A stretch of DNA of 64,000 bases from a virus. The notes under the pieces are model-generated. The model was not told where the DNA came from. It saw only the letters and a list, made by a program, of their open reading frames with translations, and made no database searches. Made by a program: the position numbers and the translations under genes. The first letter of the stretch is position 1, and each line of letters opens with the position of its first letter. This document shows positions 50,702 through 59,279 of this stretch, in pieces. The DNA is taken from positions 1 to 64,000 of the IMG/VR virus record IMGVR_UViG_3300035670_000137. One strand, given 5' to 3'.

Positions 50702-51454
50702 ATGCTAGTCAAACTGCTATCGGATCTACACCTGCACGGTAATAATCCGTTTCGCTATGTCGATCACGGAGAGCACGTTTGCATCCTAGCAGGTGATATT
50801 TCAGAAGGTATGCATGGTGTGGAATGGGCGCTGGCTCGTATTCCTCGCCATATCCAGGTACTGTATGTTCCTGGCAACCACGAGTATTACGGGCAGGACT
50901 ATCCTGCTCTTAATGCTCGCTTTGCACATCATAATACCTTAGGTACTCATGTGCACGTTATGTTGAATTCAGTATTTACCAAAGACAATTGGGACGTAGA
51001 ATTTGTAGGAACTACGCTTTGGTCGGACTTCAACCTGTATGACAACCCTGTACGCCATGCTATTTCTTGGAAAATGGGTCTTAATGACTCTAGGTGGATT
51101 AAGTGCAATTCGCATACGATCACGCCTCAACACTTCCAGAATTGGAATAGCCAGGCATTAGTGTTTCTGAAGCAAGTTGCAGAAACCCCCACAAATAAGT
51201 CTCGTGTACTTGTAACACACTACTGCCCCGATTTGTCGGTGGCGCCCAAGTACCGAAACGATCCGCTAACTCCTGGATTTGCTACGCGTATTCCTGTGGA
51301 TACGCATGAAAAGTTCCAGTACCATTTCCATGGGCATACTCACTCTAGTATGAATTACGAGTATAACTATGGGACTAAGGTAGTCTGTAATCCTAGAGGA
51401 TATGGTTACGAAAATATGTCAGGATTTAATGAGGAGTTAGTGTTAGATATTTGA
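50702..51454 (+). CDS. Metallophosphoesterase
   Basis: SDLH, AGD, GNHEYY, HGHTH, NPRGY. Confidence 0.9.
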   Translation: MLVKLLSDLHLHGNNPFRYVDHGEHVCILAGDISEGMHGVEWALARIPRHIQVLYVPGNHEYYGQDYPALNARFAHHNTLGTHVHVMLNSVFTKDNWDVEFVGTTLWSDFNLYDNPVRHAISWKMGLNDSRWIKCNSHTITPQHFQNWNSQALVFLKQVAETPTNKSRVLVTHYCPDLSVAPKYRNDPLTPGFATRIPVDTHEKFQYHFHGHTHSSMNYEYNYGTKVVCNPRGYGYENMSGFNEELVLDI

Positions 51455-51464
51455 AAGGAGTTCT

Positions 51465-52049
51465 ATGGAACCCATGTCTAACTACTACTTTAACGGTAAG
51501 TGTTATGTAAAGCGAAGTAAATGGCCTAGACGAATCAGGGCTTCAATATCCGCCCTGTTCGTCGCCTTTGCGACAACTTTTACATACGAACCAAGTTATG
51601 CACAGTATCAATTATTCAAGAGTGATAAAGTTAAGTATGTGGAATACATACAAGACAATAACCCTAGAATAACAGGATCAGAAGCTCGAGAAATAGCAAT
51701 AGCAGCTATTAAATGGGCGCAAGAGTTTAAAGTGGATGAAAAACTGCTTCTAGCGATGGCTAAAGTAGAGTCCAATTTTCATAAGCATGCCATTAGTTCA
51801 TCAGGAGCATATGGCATAATGCAGGTAATACCAGTATGGCACAAGCCCAAGATCTTGGAGGCACGTAACAAGCTAGGAAATCCAGAACTTTTTAATATAA
51901 ATACAAACCTATTCCTAGGTGCTTGGGTATTTAGAGACTGTACGTTAAACAGTACAACTTTGAATAAAGCATTACTCTGCTATTCTGGACAAACACCAGG
52001 CTACGACCAAAAGGTTTTGGCGGAGTACAATGAGCTTAAAAAATTATGA
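51465..52049 (+). CDS. Lytic transglycosylase (SLT domain)
   Basis: VESNF..AISSSGAYGIMQV. Confidence 0.85.
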   Translation: MEPMSNYYFNGKCYVKRSKWPRRIRASISALFVAFATTFTYEPSYAQYQLFKSDKVKYVEYIQDNNPRITGSEAREIAIAAIKWAQEFKVDEKLLLAMAKVESNFHKHAISSSGAYGIMQVIPVWHKPKILEARNKLGNPELFNINTNLFLGAWVFRDCTLNSTTLNKALLCYSGQTPGYDQKVLAEYNELKKL

Positions 52050-52100
52050 CTTGATTTTATTTTACATCAAGTGTATAATATTATTTTAAGTGAGGAAAAC

Positions 52101-52307
52101 ATGGCAAAGGCTTATACTAAAGAGTTTTTGATTGATGTTTATATGCACAAGTATATCAAGTGTGGATTTATTCCTATTGAGGACTTGTGCAACCTCGAAG
52201 AATTAGCTATCAAATTCTACGATAAAGTGGGACGAGATGAATTCAGAAAATACGCAGATGTCACCCCAGAAAGAATCAAAGACTATAACCTACAGGCTAG
52301 TGTATAG
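52101..52307 (+). CDS. Hypothetical protein
   Basis: Promoter + GAGG SD. Confidence 0.6.
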   Translation: MAKAYTKEFLIDVYMHKYIKCGFIPIEDLCNLEELAIKFYDKVGRDEFRKYADVTPERIKDYNLQASV

Positions 52308-52406
52308 TGATGAATCTGAAGTGATTAAAACATTCGCTTCTGAAAAAGAAGCTGCATGGTTTATTCACAATGAAGGTGATCATATAGTATATTGCAATAG
52401 AATTGT

Positions 52407-52482
52407 CGCAGGCTAGAGAAACGGCATCTCGCCACCCTCATAAGGTGGAGGTACCTGGTTCGACTCCAGGGCTCTGCAACCA
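52407..52482 (+). tRNA. tRNA-fMet-like (CAT)
   Basis: C1:A72 mismatch, CAT anticodon, CCA; lacks GGG/CCC anticodon stem. Confidence 0.8.
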
Positions 52483-52484
52483 AT

Positions 52485-52554
52485 AGAGATAGATCAGGGA
52501 TCACTAGACTTTCATAAGGTTTACAGTTGGGATCGTTACCCAATGTCTCTACCA
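52485..52554 (+). tRNA. Atypical tRNA-Met(CAT), shrunken D arm
   Basis: 7-bp acceptor, GATC-AGG-GATC D arm, TTCATAA loop, ATCGTTA T loop, CCA. Confidence 0.65.
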
Positions 52555-52562
52555 GTTTTTGT

Positions 52563-52638
52563 TGGCAAGTAGCTCAGAGGTAGTAGCGATGCGCTGTTAA
52601 CGCATTGGTCGTAGGTTCGATCCCTACCTTGCCAGCCA
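52563..52638 (+). tRNA. tRNA-Asn(GTT)
   Basis: Cloverleaf, CCA. Confidence 0.93.
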
Positions 52639-53090
52639 CAGAACATAGGTGCCTCCGGCTATGTTGTCCATCCCTAGGACATTATCCGCAACGTGGGCGA
52701 AAAATAGATATGTAGGCAGGGTTCATATCTATCCTTATTAAGAACTGCTGAGGGTCGTCGCCCAACAGTGAAAAGACTAGCAGAACATGAACTTTAGGGA
52801 GTTCTATAGCTATCCCATTCGCAAGAGTGGGTAAATTAAACCTGATCCTAAAGCGTGTCAGATTTCGTGTTCCCACACGACAACAGACCTAATCAGGACA
52901 CATCCGAACTAAGACGGTAGTACGGCCTCCGGGAAGAGTTGCTCATATGTAGCGTAAAAATTCTTAGTCAGGTTTAATTTATAAGTGTGGCCCTACCCAA
53001 GGGGTGTGAGACAGTGGTTGGAAGGATCTCACTGCATCTAGGAGTCATCCGGTGACACGGAACCTAGTAAACCTACCACACAGGATTTTT

Positions 53091-53165
53091 GGGGGATTCG
53101 TATACTGGGTATTACTCCTGTTTTGCAAGCAGGAAAAAGCGGATCGTAACCGCTATCCTCCACCA
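53091..53165 (+). tRNA. tRNA-Ala(TGC)
   Basis: G3:U70 pair, CCA. Confidence 0.88.
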
Positions 53166-53176
53166 TAGTTTTAAAT

Positions 53177-53260
53177 CGGAGTGTCGGCCAGCCTGGTAGG
53201 TCACTAGCTTTGGGAGCTAGCGCGAAAGCATCGCACGTTCGAATCGTGTCACTCCGACCA
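53177..53260 (+). tRNA. tRNA-Pro(TGG), extended variable arm
   Basis: Cloverleaf, CCA. Confidence 0.88.
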
Positions 53261-53266
53261 ATCAAA

Positions 53267-53342
53267 CCCAACCAAACTAATCTGGTGAAAGTGACGGTCT
53301 GAAAAGCCGTAAAGCGAGGATCGAAACCTCGGGTTGGGACCA
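53267..53342 (+). tRNA. tRNA-Phe(GAA)
   Basis: Cloverleaf, CCA. Confidence 0.85.
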
Positions 53343-53344
53343 AG

Positions 53345-53418
53345 TACGGTGTAGTATAAAGGCATTATGACGGTCTCCAAAACCGCTGATGGGGGTTCGA
53401 TTCCCTCCACCGTAGCCA
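53345..53418 (+). tRNA. tRNA-Trp(CCA)
   Basis: Cloverleaf, CCA. Confidence 0.9.
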
Positions 53419-53484
53419 TAAAAAATTTTGACTTGATTTATATTATCGAATAGCGTATAATATTACTTTAAGTCGCAGTTCTAT

Positions 53485-53706
53485 TAAATAAATCAACTGC
53501 TGCGTAGTGAGAATTTAGGATGAGGCCTATAACCCCTCTACTTTATTCGCCAGGGTTACTTCATATACTATGAGCCGATACTTCCTGCAATAGAAGGGGA
53601 AGAAAGGGGAAGAAAGTGACGAAGTCTCCACTACATATGTCCGTTAAGCTGCGTTCGTTATAGCGCGCAAAGAACCTTGCACGACATTTCTCAGTTGATT
53701 TATTTA
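53485..53706 (+). ncRNA. Y RNA-like ncRNA 1
   Basis: 15-bp terminal stem, GCTGCGT...GTTACTTCA...TTTCTC module upstream of Ro60. Confidence 0.65.
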
Positions 53707-53801
53707 GTATTGCTGCGTATATAACAGTTACTTCATCTCCAAATAATGATGGAAGGCGTGATGGCCTCCAGTCTCTGTTATAACCTTTTTCTCAATACTA
53801 A
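53704..53801 (+). ncRNA. Y RNA-like ncRNA 2
   Basis: TTAGTATTG/CAATACTAA stem, same module, ATAACAG/CTGTTAT inner stem. Confidence 0.7.
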
Positions 53802-53805
53802 TCTT

Positions 53806-53880
53806 TTTTCGCTGCGTCTTATACAGTTACTTCAATCTATGGTGATTACAACAATACTGTATATAACTTTTCCTCGAAAA
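53806..53880 (+). ncRNA. Y RNA-like ncRNA 3
   Basis: TTTTCG/CGAAAA stem, same module, TATACAG/CTGTATA inner stem. Confidence 0.7.
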
Positions 53881-53887
53881 TTCCAAA

Positions 53888-55441
53888 ATGACAAAACTAA
53901 ATCCAAAAACACAAAACACTATTGAACACGCTATCTCGGCCAATGGCAATCTTCAGATTGCTAAAGATCAGGGACAGACGTTCTTTGAGACCCTTGTCGG
54001 ACATATGTACGGCAAGGATCGTTTCTACACTAGCAATGAAGATGTTGCAAAGCGTTTGCTTTCCGATATCCAAGTCCTCGTTCGTAAGAATAAGTTGGAC
54101 TATATTGCTAATGTAATTCTGTATGCTCGTGAAAAGGTTTTCATGCGGTCGATGCCTATTCTAGCTACAGTTTACTTTGCTAAGGCATTGCGCGATTCCA
54201 AAGTATCCTTTCCACAACTTCGTAATCTAGTTTCTTCGGTCATTCAACGAGCTGACCAGGTAACTGATATGTACGCTGTTGCCTTAGAGGTCTTTGGAGA
54301 TAAGCGTAAAGTGCCCAATGCCATCAAGCGCGGTGTATCGGACGCCATGAATAAGTTTACCGTATATCACTACGGTAAATATAACCGTGAAGCCGGTGTC
54401 ACATTCAAAGATGTGGTGCGTATCGTACATCCAGAACCTCGCGATGACAACCAAAGTCAGACTTTCAAGATGATTCTTGAAAACAATCTGCCCGTGCCAT
54501 ATACGTGGGAAACTGAACTCTCCCGCAACGGTCAACTTCCGAAAGAAGTTCAAAAGACTAAGGCTCAGCTATGGGCCGAGCTCGTACAATCCGGCAAACT
54601 CGGATATATGGCATTACTTCGTAACCTTCGTAACATAGTTCAGTCAGGGGCTGACGTTATCGGTGAGGTGGCGAAACGGCTAGTCGATGCAGAACAAGTT
54701 CACATTTCTAAGCAGCTTCCCTTCTCCTACCTAAAGGCTCTAGACGCCGTTAAGGACGCCCCCGCAAAGCTGAAGTGGGCAGTAAGTGAGGCTCTTGATG
54801 TATCCTGTGCTAACGTACCTGCACTAGGAAAGAAAGTGTGGATCATTGTCGATGGTTCCGGCTCTATGTTGGGTTCCCATTATGGACGCATGGGACGCAA
54901 TGAGGCGCTAGGTGAGTGTCCTTTCCAGACCGCGGCTGTATTTTGTGCAGCCCTGGCTAAATCAAATCGTGATGCTAGTGAACTAGCAGTTACCATCTTT
55001 AGCGACAACGCTCAGATGGTTGATCTGAACCCTCGTGATTCAGTATCCACAATGGTGGAGAACCTCACGAAGAAAGTTCAAGGTGGTGGAACTAATCTAC
55101 AGGCAGCCTTGAATATGAAGTCACGGTTAGGTTTTGAGCCAGACACAGTTGTAATCCTCTCAGATATGGAAGTTAACCAACTGTCAACTGGATCGTATGG
55201 TGGAGGCTATTCTTGGAATAGACAAGACAATACGATTGCAAACATCAGCAAGATGTTTGACAAGAACTGCTATAAAGTAGCAGTAAACCTAGCTAGCGGC
55301 GTTTCAACGCCGGTTCCAAAAGAGCATGGCTTTGTCCAACTAGCAGGGTTTAGCGAGCGAATCTTCGCCCTAATCCCAGAATTGCGAAATAGTCGGACTA
55401 CGGTTGAAACACTGTTCAGTCGACCATTTGCAGCAGTTTAA
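53888..55441 (+). CDS. rsr: Ro60 / Rsr RNA-binding protein (TROVE + vWA)
   Basis: VIQRADQ, KYNR, PYTWETELS, LGYMALLRNLRN, QLPF; vWA DGSGSM, GGTN, LSD. Confidence 0.93.
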   Translation: MTKLNPKTQNTIEHAISANGNLQIAKDQGQTFFETLVGHMYGKDRFYTSNEDVAKRLLSDIQVLVRKNKLDYIANVILYAREKVFMRSMPILATVYFAKALRDSKVSFPQLRNLVSSVIQRADQVTDMYAVALEVFGDKRKVPNAIKRGVSDAMNKFTVYHYGKYNREAGVTFKDVVRIVHPEPRDDNQSQTFKMILENNLPVPYTWETELSRNGQLPKEVQKTKAQLWAELVQSGKLGYMALLRNLRNIVQSGADVIGEVAKRLVDAEQVHISKQLPFSYLKALDAVKDAPAKLKWAVSEALDVSCANVPALGKKVWIIVDGSGSMLGSHYGRMGRNEALGECPFQTAAVFCAALAKSNRDASELAVTIFSDNAQMVDLNPRDSVSTMVENLTKKVQGGGTNLQAALNMKSRLGFEPDTVVILSDMEVNQLSTGSYGGGYSWNRQDNTIANISKMFDKNCYKVAVNLASGVSTPVPKEHGFVQLAGFSERIFALIPELRNSRTTVETLFSRPFAAV

Positions 55442-55538
55442 GATAAGGGCGCGTTAGCAATAACGTGCCCTTTTTCTTTCTTGATTTCATTCCTTATAAA
55501 GCGTATAATATCTTTATTGAGTGACATTTGGAAAGAAA

Positions 55539-56015
55539 ATGAACATATTCATTCTTGATGATGACGTAGAGCAGTCTGCCAAGTATCACTGCGATCAGCA
55601 CGTTAATAAGATGATCCTAGAGGCAACGCAGATTATCTGTACAGTACGCACTTTAAAAGGTTGTAAGGATAGTCCATATAAGGCTACACATCCTAAGCAT
55701 CCTTGCACTATTTGGGCAGGGTCTGCACTAGAGAATTATATTTATACACTAGACTACGCTTGTTACCTTAATGAAGAAGCAAAGCGTAGGTATAATAAGA
55801 AAGTTAACCATAAGTCTTATGACGTACTAATGGATCTAACTTTTCCTGACTTTGAACTAATTAACAGAACACCGTTTGCTAGAGCAATGCCGGAACAGTT
55901 TAAACGTATTCCTGATACTGTAGAAGCGTATCGTGAATATTACAAAACAAAAGAGTTTGCTACCTGGAAAACAGGCAAACCTAATTGGATAGCGGATATA
56001 CGTACCGCCTCCTAG
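55539..56015 (+). CDS. Pyrimidine dimer DNA glycosylase (DenV-like family)
   Basis: MNIFILD...HCDQHVNKMILE...HPCTIW...AYREYY. Confidence 0.8.
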   Translation: MNIFILDDDVEQSAKYHCDQHVNKMILEATQIICTVRTLKGCKDSPYKATHPKHPCTIWAGSALENYIYTLDYACYLNEEAKRRYNKKVNHKSYDVLMDLTFPDFELINRTPFARAMPEQFKRIPDTVEAYREYYKTKEFATWKTGKPNWIADIRTAS

Positions 56016-56108
56016 GGCAAATATGACGTATCGACAGTAGTGTCCGAATAGCTACCACCCCTTCAGATGAAAAGTATCTGACCAGACGCGGGTAACCTGG
56101 AAGAATTC

Positions 56109-56203
56109 GCTCCTTAGCACTGGTGTGCGGCGAACCCTTATAAAGTTCGGAGACTGGCTAGATGGGCTGGAACGGCTGAGATCGAAACTCAGGAGGAGTA
56201 CCA
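56109..56203 (+). tRNA. Atypical tRNA-Ile(TAT), long variable arm
   Basis: GCTCCTT/GAGGAGT acceptor, CT-TAT-AA loop, CTGAG-ATCGAAA-CTCAG T arm, ACCA. Confidence 0.65.
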
Positions 56204-56379
56204 TGCAAACTGCATTTGTTGTAACTATGATAGCTAAAAGATCCAACTATCACTATGTACTAGGTGTATTCTCTAATGAGACTTTAGCTATACTAGCTGG
56301 AAGTAGAGAAGAAAGAGTATACGAGGGTGAATTTCAGTATACAATAGATAAACTAGAGGTAGATAGGTATGCTAAATAA
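56203..56379 (+). CDS. Hypothetical protein whose SD is the tRNA acceptor strand
   Basis: AGGAGGAG-TACC-ATG. Confidence 0.5.
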   Translation: MQTAFVVTMIAKRSNYHYVLGVFSNETLAILAGSREERVYEGEFQYTIDKLEVDRYAK

Positions 56380-56576
56380 ACTAATGTTTAAGATAAAAGA
56401 TCGTGAAGTTGAACTAACATATGATGAAGCTAAAGCATTGTGGAAGGACCTGGATCTGATTTTTGGTGTACGAGTACCTAATATGCCGGTATATCCTCCG
56501 ACTGTGATGCCAACGTACCCTCCGTACACTGGAGATCCTGTAAAACCTTTTGTAACATGGTGTATGTAAGATTAAT

Positions 56577-56651
56577 TCTGGCATAGCTCAGTGGTAGAGC
56601 AGTGTGTTGATAACGCATTGGTCGCTAGTTCAAATCTAGCTGCCAGAACCA
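56577..56651 (+). tRNA. tRNA-Ile(GAT)
   Basis: Cloverleaf, CCA. Confidence 0.92.
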
Positions 56652-56652
56652 A

Positions 56653-56744
56653 GGAAGAGTGGCAGAGTCCGGTTTATTGCAACAGTCTTGAAAACTGTCG
56701 GTCATGAAAGTGGCCCGTGAGTTCGAATCTCACCTTTTCCGCCA
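56653..56744 (+). tRNA. tRNA-Ser(TGA)
   Basis: Cloverleaf, long variable arm, CCA. Confidence 0.93.
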
Positions 56745-56765
56745 AATAACCTATTGGAGATTATC

Positions 56766-57329
56766 ATGTCCCTAGTACTAGGCCTAGATCAAGCCGGTAC
56801 TCCCCATCGTTGGATTAATATCGAGGAAGCTGCCATTTATTACGCTAAAGAAACTGTGGCGTGGGAGGCAGGCAGTTCTTTTGTAACACTGCGTGGGGGT
56901 GTAAACGCAAAGTCCCACTGTAGATCAGAACTTAATATTAATTCAATCATTGCAGTAAAGGGCGATGATTACTTTAGTAAGAATTACGACACTAACATAT
57001 CTATTAGTCGTAGAATGCTGTTCAAACGTGATAGAAATATGTGTGCATATTGTGGATCAATATTGCACGATAAAGAACTAGAACTTGAACACGTAACGCC
57101 AAAGTCAAAAGGCGGAGCCACTAGCTGGACTAATATTGTTAGTGCTTGCCGTCATTGTAATAGTAAAAAAGATGATCGTACACCTGAACAAGCAGGTATG
57201 GAATTGTTATATGTTCCTTACATCCCTAACAGGCACGAAGCATTTATTCTAGCCAATAGAAATATCCTGGCAGATCAAATGGCCTTCCTTCTCCAGGGTG
57301 TACCAAAACATTCAAGATTGCTGGATTAG
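56766..57329 (+). CDS. HNH endonuclease (McrA-like)
   Basis: RD..MCAYCG...EHVTPKSKGG...NIVSAC..CN..K. Confidence 0.88.
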   Translation: MSLVLGLDQAGTPHRWINIEEAAIYYAKETVAWEAGSSFVTLRGGVNAKSHCRSELNINSIIAVKGDDYFSKNYDTNISISRRMLFKRDRNMCAYCGSILHDKELELEHVTPKSKGGATSWTNIVSACRHCNSKKDDRTPEQAGMELLYVPYIPNRHEAFILANRNILADQMAFLLQGVPKHSRLLD

Positions 57330-57394
57330 CTCAGCGGTAGAGCAACGCCCTTACAAGGCGAAGGTCGTTGGTTCAACCCCAACATCCAGTACCA
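57320..57394 (+). tRNA. tRNA-Val(TAC)
   Basis: Cloverleaf, CCA. Confidence 0.92.
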
Positions 57395-57398
57395 AATT

Positions 57399-57473
57399 AG
57401 CGGGATAGTGTAGTTGGAAACACAGCAGACTTTGACTCTGTTATCTCAGGTTCGAACCCTGATCTCGCCGCCA
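57399..57473 (+). tRNA. tRNA-Gln(TTG)
   Basis: Cloverleaf, CCA. Confidence 0.9.
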
Positions 57474-57486
57474 AAAAGAACTAATT

Positions 57487-57690
57487 ATGAAAGACTATTT
57501 ACCAGTATCACATTTTATGCATGACTATCCACCAACTAAAGCAAAGCTGATGCTAGTAGCATTAGTAGGTAGTGAAGAATTAGCTATAAAGTGGTGGAAT
57601 AGTCCAAATGAAGGTTTTAATAAACTTTGCCCGAAAGACGTACCTATTGAAGAAGTCTATAGTTACCTCCTAGGGCATCTACAAAGATAG
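57487..57690 (+). CDS. Hypothetical, Xre/MbcA/ParS antitoxin C-terminal-like
   Basis: KWWNSPN..F...P motif. Confidence 0.45.
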   Translation: MKDYLPVSHFMHDYPPTKAKLMLVALVGSEELAIKWWNSPNEGFNKLCPKDVPIEEVYSYLLGHLQR

Positions 57691-57764
57691 TACCGTGGCC
57701 TGAACGGTGAGGGAGCGGATTGCAAACCCGCAGTATGTCGGTTCGAGTCCGACCGGTACTTCCA
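57689..57764 (+). tRNA. tRNA-Cys(GCA)
   Basis: U73, CCA. Confidence 0.9.
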
Positions 57765-57770
57765 TAAATT

Positions 57771-57848
57771 GGCACGTTAGCATAGATGGCCTAATGTACT
57801 TGCCTGTCACGCGAGAGATCATGGGTTCGAATCCCATACGTGTCGCCA
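57771..57848 (+). tRNA. tRNA-Asp(GTC)
   Basis: Cloverleaf, CCA. Confidence 0.92.
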
Positions 57849-57872
57849 TTAACTTTAGTGAGGAGTATTATC

Positions 57873-58910
57873 ATGGCAGAACCAAGAAAGATAGTACCTA
57901 CTAAAGCTGGAAGTGAGCTTCCTAAGGAAGTTACGCTCCAAGATGCAGCTACACAGGAACTAATTGCAGAAAATGCAGTTACAAATCCTAGTGAACTAAA
58001 CGCTATAGTAGTTGGTTTAGGACGTGGCAAGGTTGAAGATCCTAGTAAACCAGTGCCAACACAAGTAGTAGAATTTAATAGTCTTTTAGAAGAAGATGCA
58101 GCTGCTGCTGGTTTATCCGGTGGTGGTAGTGATGGGGGGCATTCTTTTGTATCCCTTCTGCGAATAGTAGAAGGATTAGACCCCACAAATTATAATTTCC
58201 CAATAAACGGTACAGGCGTTCCACCAGAAATACGTGGAGAAGTACTAGCTCTATTACCTGATATTGATGATATTGAAATACCTTTAATACCTGACACTCC
58301 TGTTATTCCCGATCTACCGGACGTACCCGATACGCCAGAAGATCCAGAAGATCCAGAAGATCCAGAAGATCCAGAAGATCCAGAAGATCCAGAAGATCCA
58401 GAAGATCCAGAAGATCCAGAAGATCCAGAAGATGAAAAAGGTAATAACGGCCACGGCAATAATACAGACGGACAGGATGATAATAATCCTGGCCAAGGCG
58501 GTGGCGGACCTAACTCTGACCCTAAGGATGGACAAGATGAAGACGAAGGAAATAAAGGTAACCAAGAAGACTCAACGCCAGGAGTCAACGGCGGAGGGAA
58601 TAATTCTAGTAATCCTAATCCTAGTGAGCCTTCTAGTCCTCCTGATATAGATAAGGGTGGCCCTAAAGGTAACAATGGCTGGGGTAACGGGGATCAGGAT
58701 GCACCTGGAAATAGCCTAGAAAATAATAATGCAGAGAATAACCAAAACGGTACACCAGCTCCAAAACTTAAGTTTGAAGACATGGTTGCCCCGCAGGATG
58801 ACATATTTGCAGGTGGCAGTAACTCTAGCCACGGTAATGATTGGAATATGCCTGATTTGGATACTAATATTCATGCTAAAGTAGTAGAACAGTTAAAAAA
58901 TAGTCATTAA
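57873..58910 (+). CDS. Acidic protein with a LapA-type retention-module motif
   Basis: LLEEDAAAAGLSGGGSDGGHSFVSLLRIVEG; (PED)11; two KGNNGxGN repeats. Confidence 0.6.
   Translation: MAEPRKIVPTKAGSELPKEVTLQDAATQELIAENAVTNPSELNAIVVGLGRGKVEDPSKPVPTQVVEFNSLLEEDAAAAGLSGGGSDGGHSFVSLLRIVEGLDPTNYNFPINGTGVPPEIRGEVLALLPDIDDIEIPLIPDTPVIPDLPDVPDTPEDPEDPEDPEDPEDPEDPEDPEDPEDPEDPEDEKGNNGHGNNTDGQDDNNPGQGGGGPNSDPKDGQDEDEGNKGNQEDSTPGVNGGGNNSSNPNPSEPSSPPDIDKGGPKGNNGWGNGDQDAPGNSLENNNAENNQNGTPAPKLKFEDMVAPQDDIFAGGSNSSHGNDWNMPDLDTNIHAKVVEQLKNSH
58335..58433 (+). repeat. Perfect 9-bp tandem repeat (CCAGAAGAT)x11
   Basis: Read directly from the sequence. Confidence 0.95.
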
Positions 58911-58959
58911 GACTTTTCCAGGCGTAGAAATACGCCTGGATTTTCCAAAGGAGTTTATT

Positions 58960-59112
58960 ATGATTGCAGAAGTGCAAGAAGAAAATGGTGAACTTTTTAT
59001 AGAAATCCCAGAGGAAATGCTCAAAGAATTGGGCTGGAACATTGGTGATGAGCTTCTTTGGGAAATCCAAGAGGATAACACAATAGTTTTAAAACGTGCG
59101 GGTATCGTATAA
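58960..59112 (+). CDS. AbrB/MazE-like DNA-binding protein (50 aa, not in ORF track)
   Basis: AAGGAG SD; LFIEIPEEMLKELGWNIGDELLW. Confidence 0.7.
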   Translation: MIAEVQEENGELFIEIPEEMLKELGWNIGDELLWEIQEDNTIVLKRAGIV

Positions 59113-59171
59113 TGGTATTACTGTAGCCTTCCAAGCTTCAGACGTCAGTTCGATTCTGACTACCCGCTCCA
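59098..59171 (+). tRNA. tRNA-Gly(TCC)
   Basis: Cloverleaf, CCA. Confidence 0.92.
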
Positions 59172-59279
59172 ACAGATAAAAATTACTGACTTGAAAAACA
59201 TTTCATAAGAGTGTATAATATTACTTTAGATGGGAGAGTTCCTGTCTAAAGCATTTTAACTTAAACTAAAGAGAAAACA

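Noticed and set aside
57840-57872. ORF-track start for the retention-module protein
   Set aside because: Overlaps tRNA-Asp; the AGGAG SD points to ATG 57873
58335-58433. 9-bp repeat as CRISPR or iterons
   Set aside because: Spacerless, in-frame coding repeat (PED)
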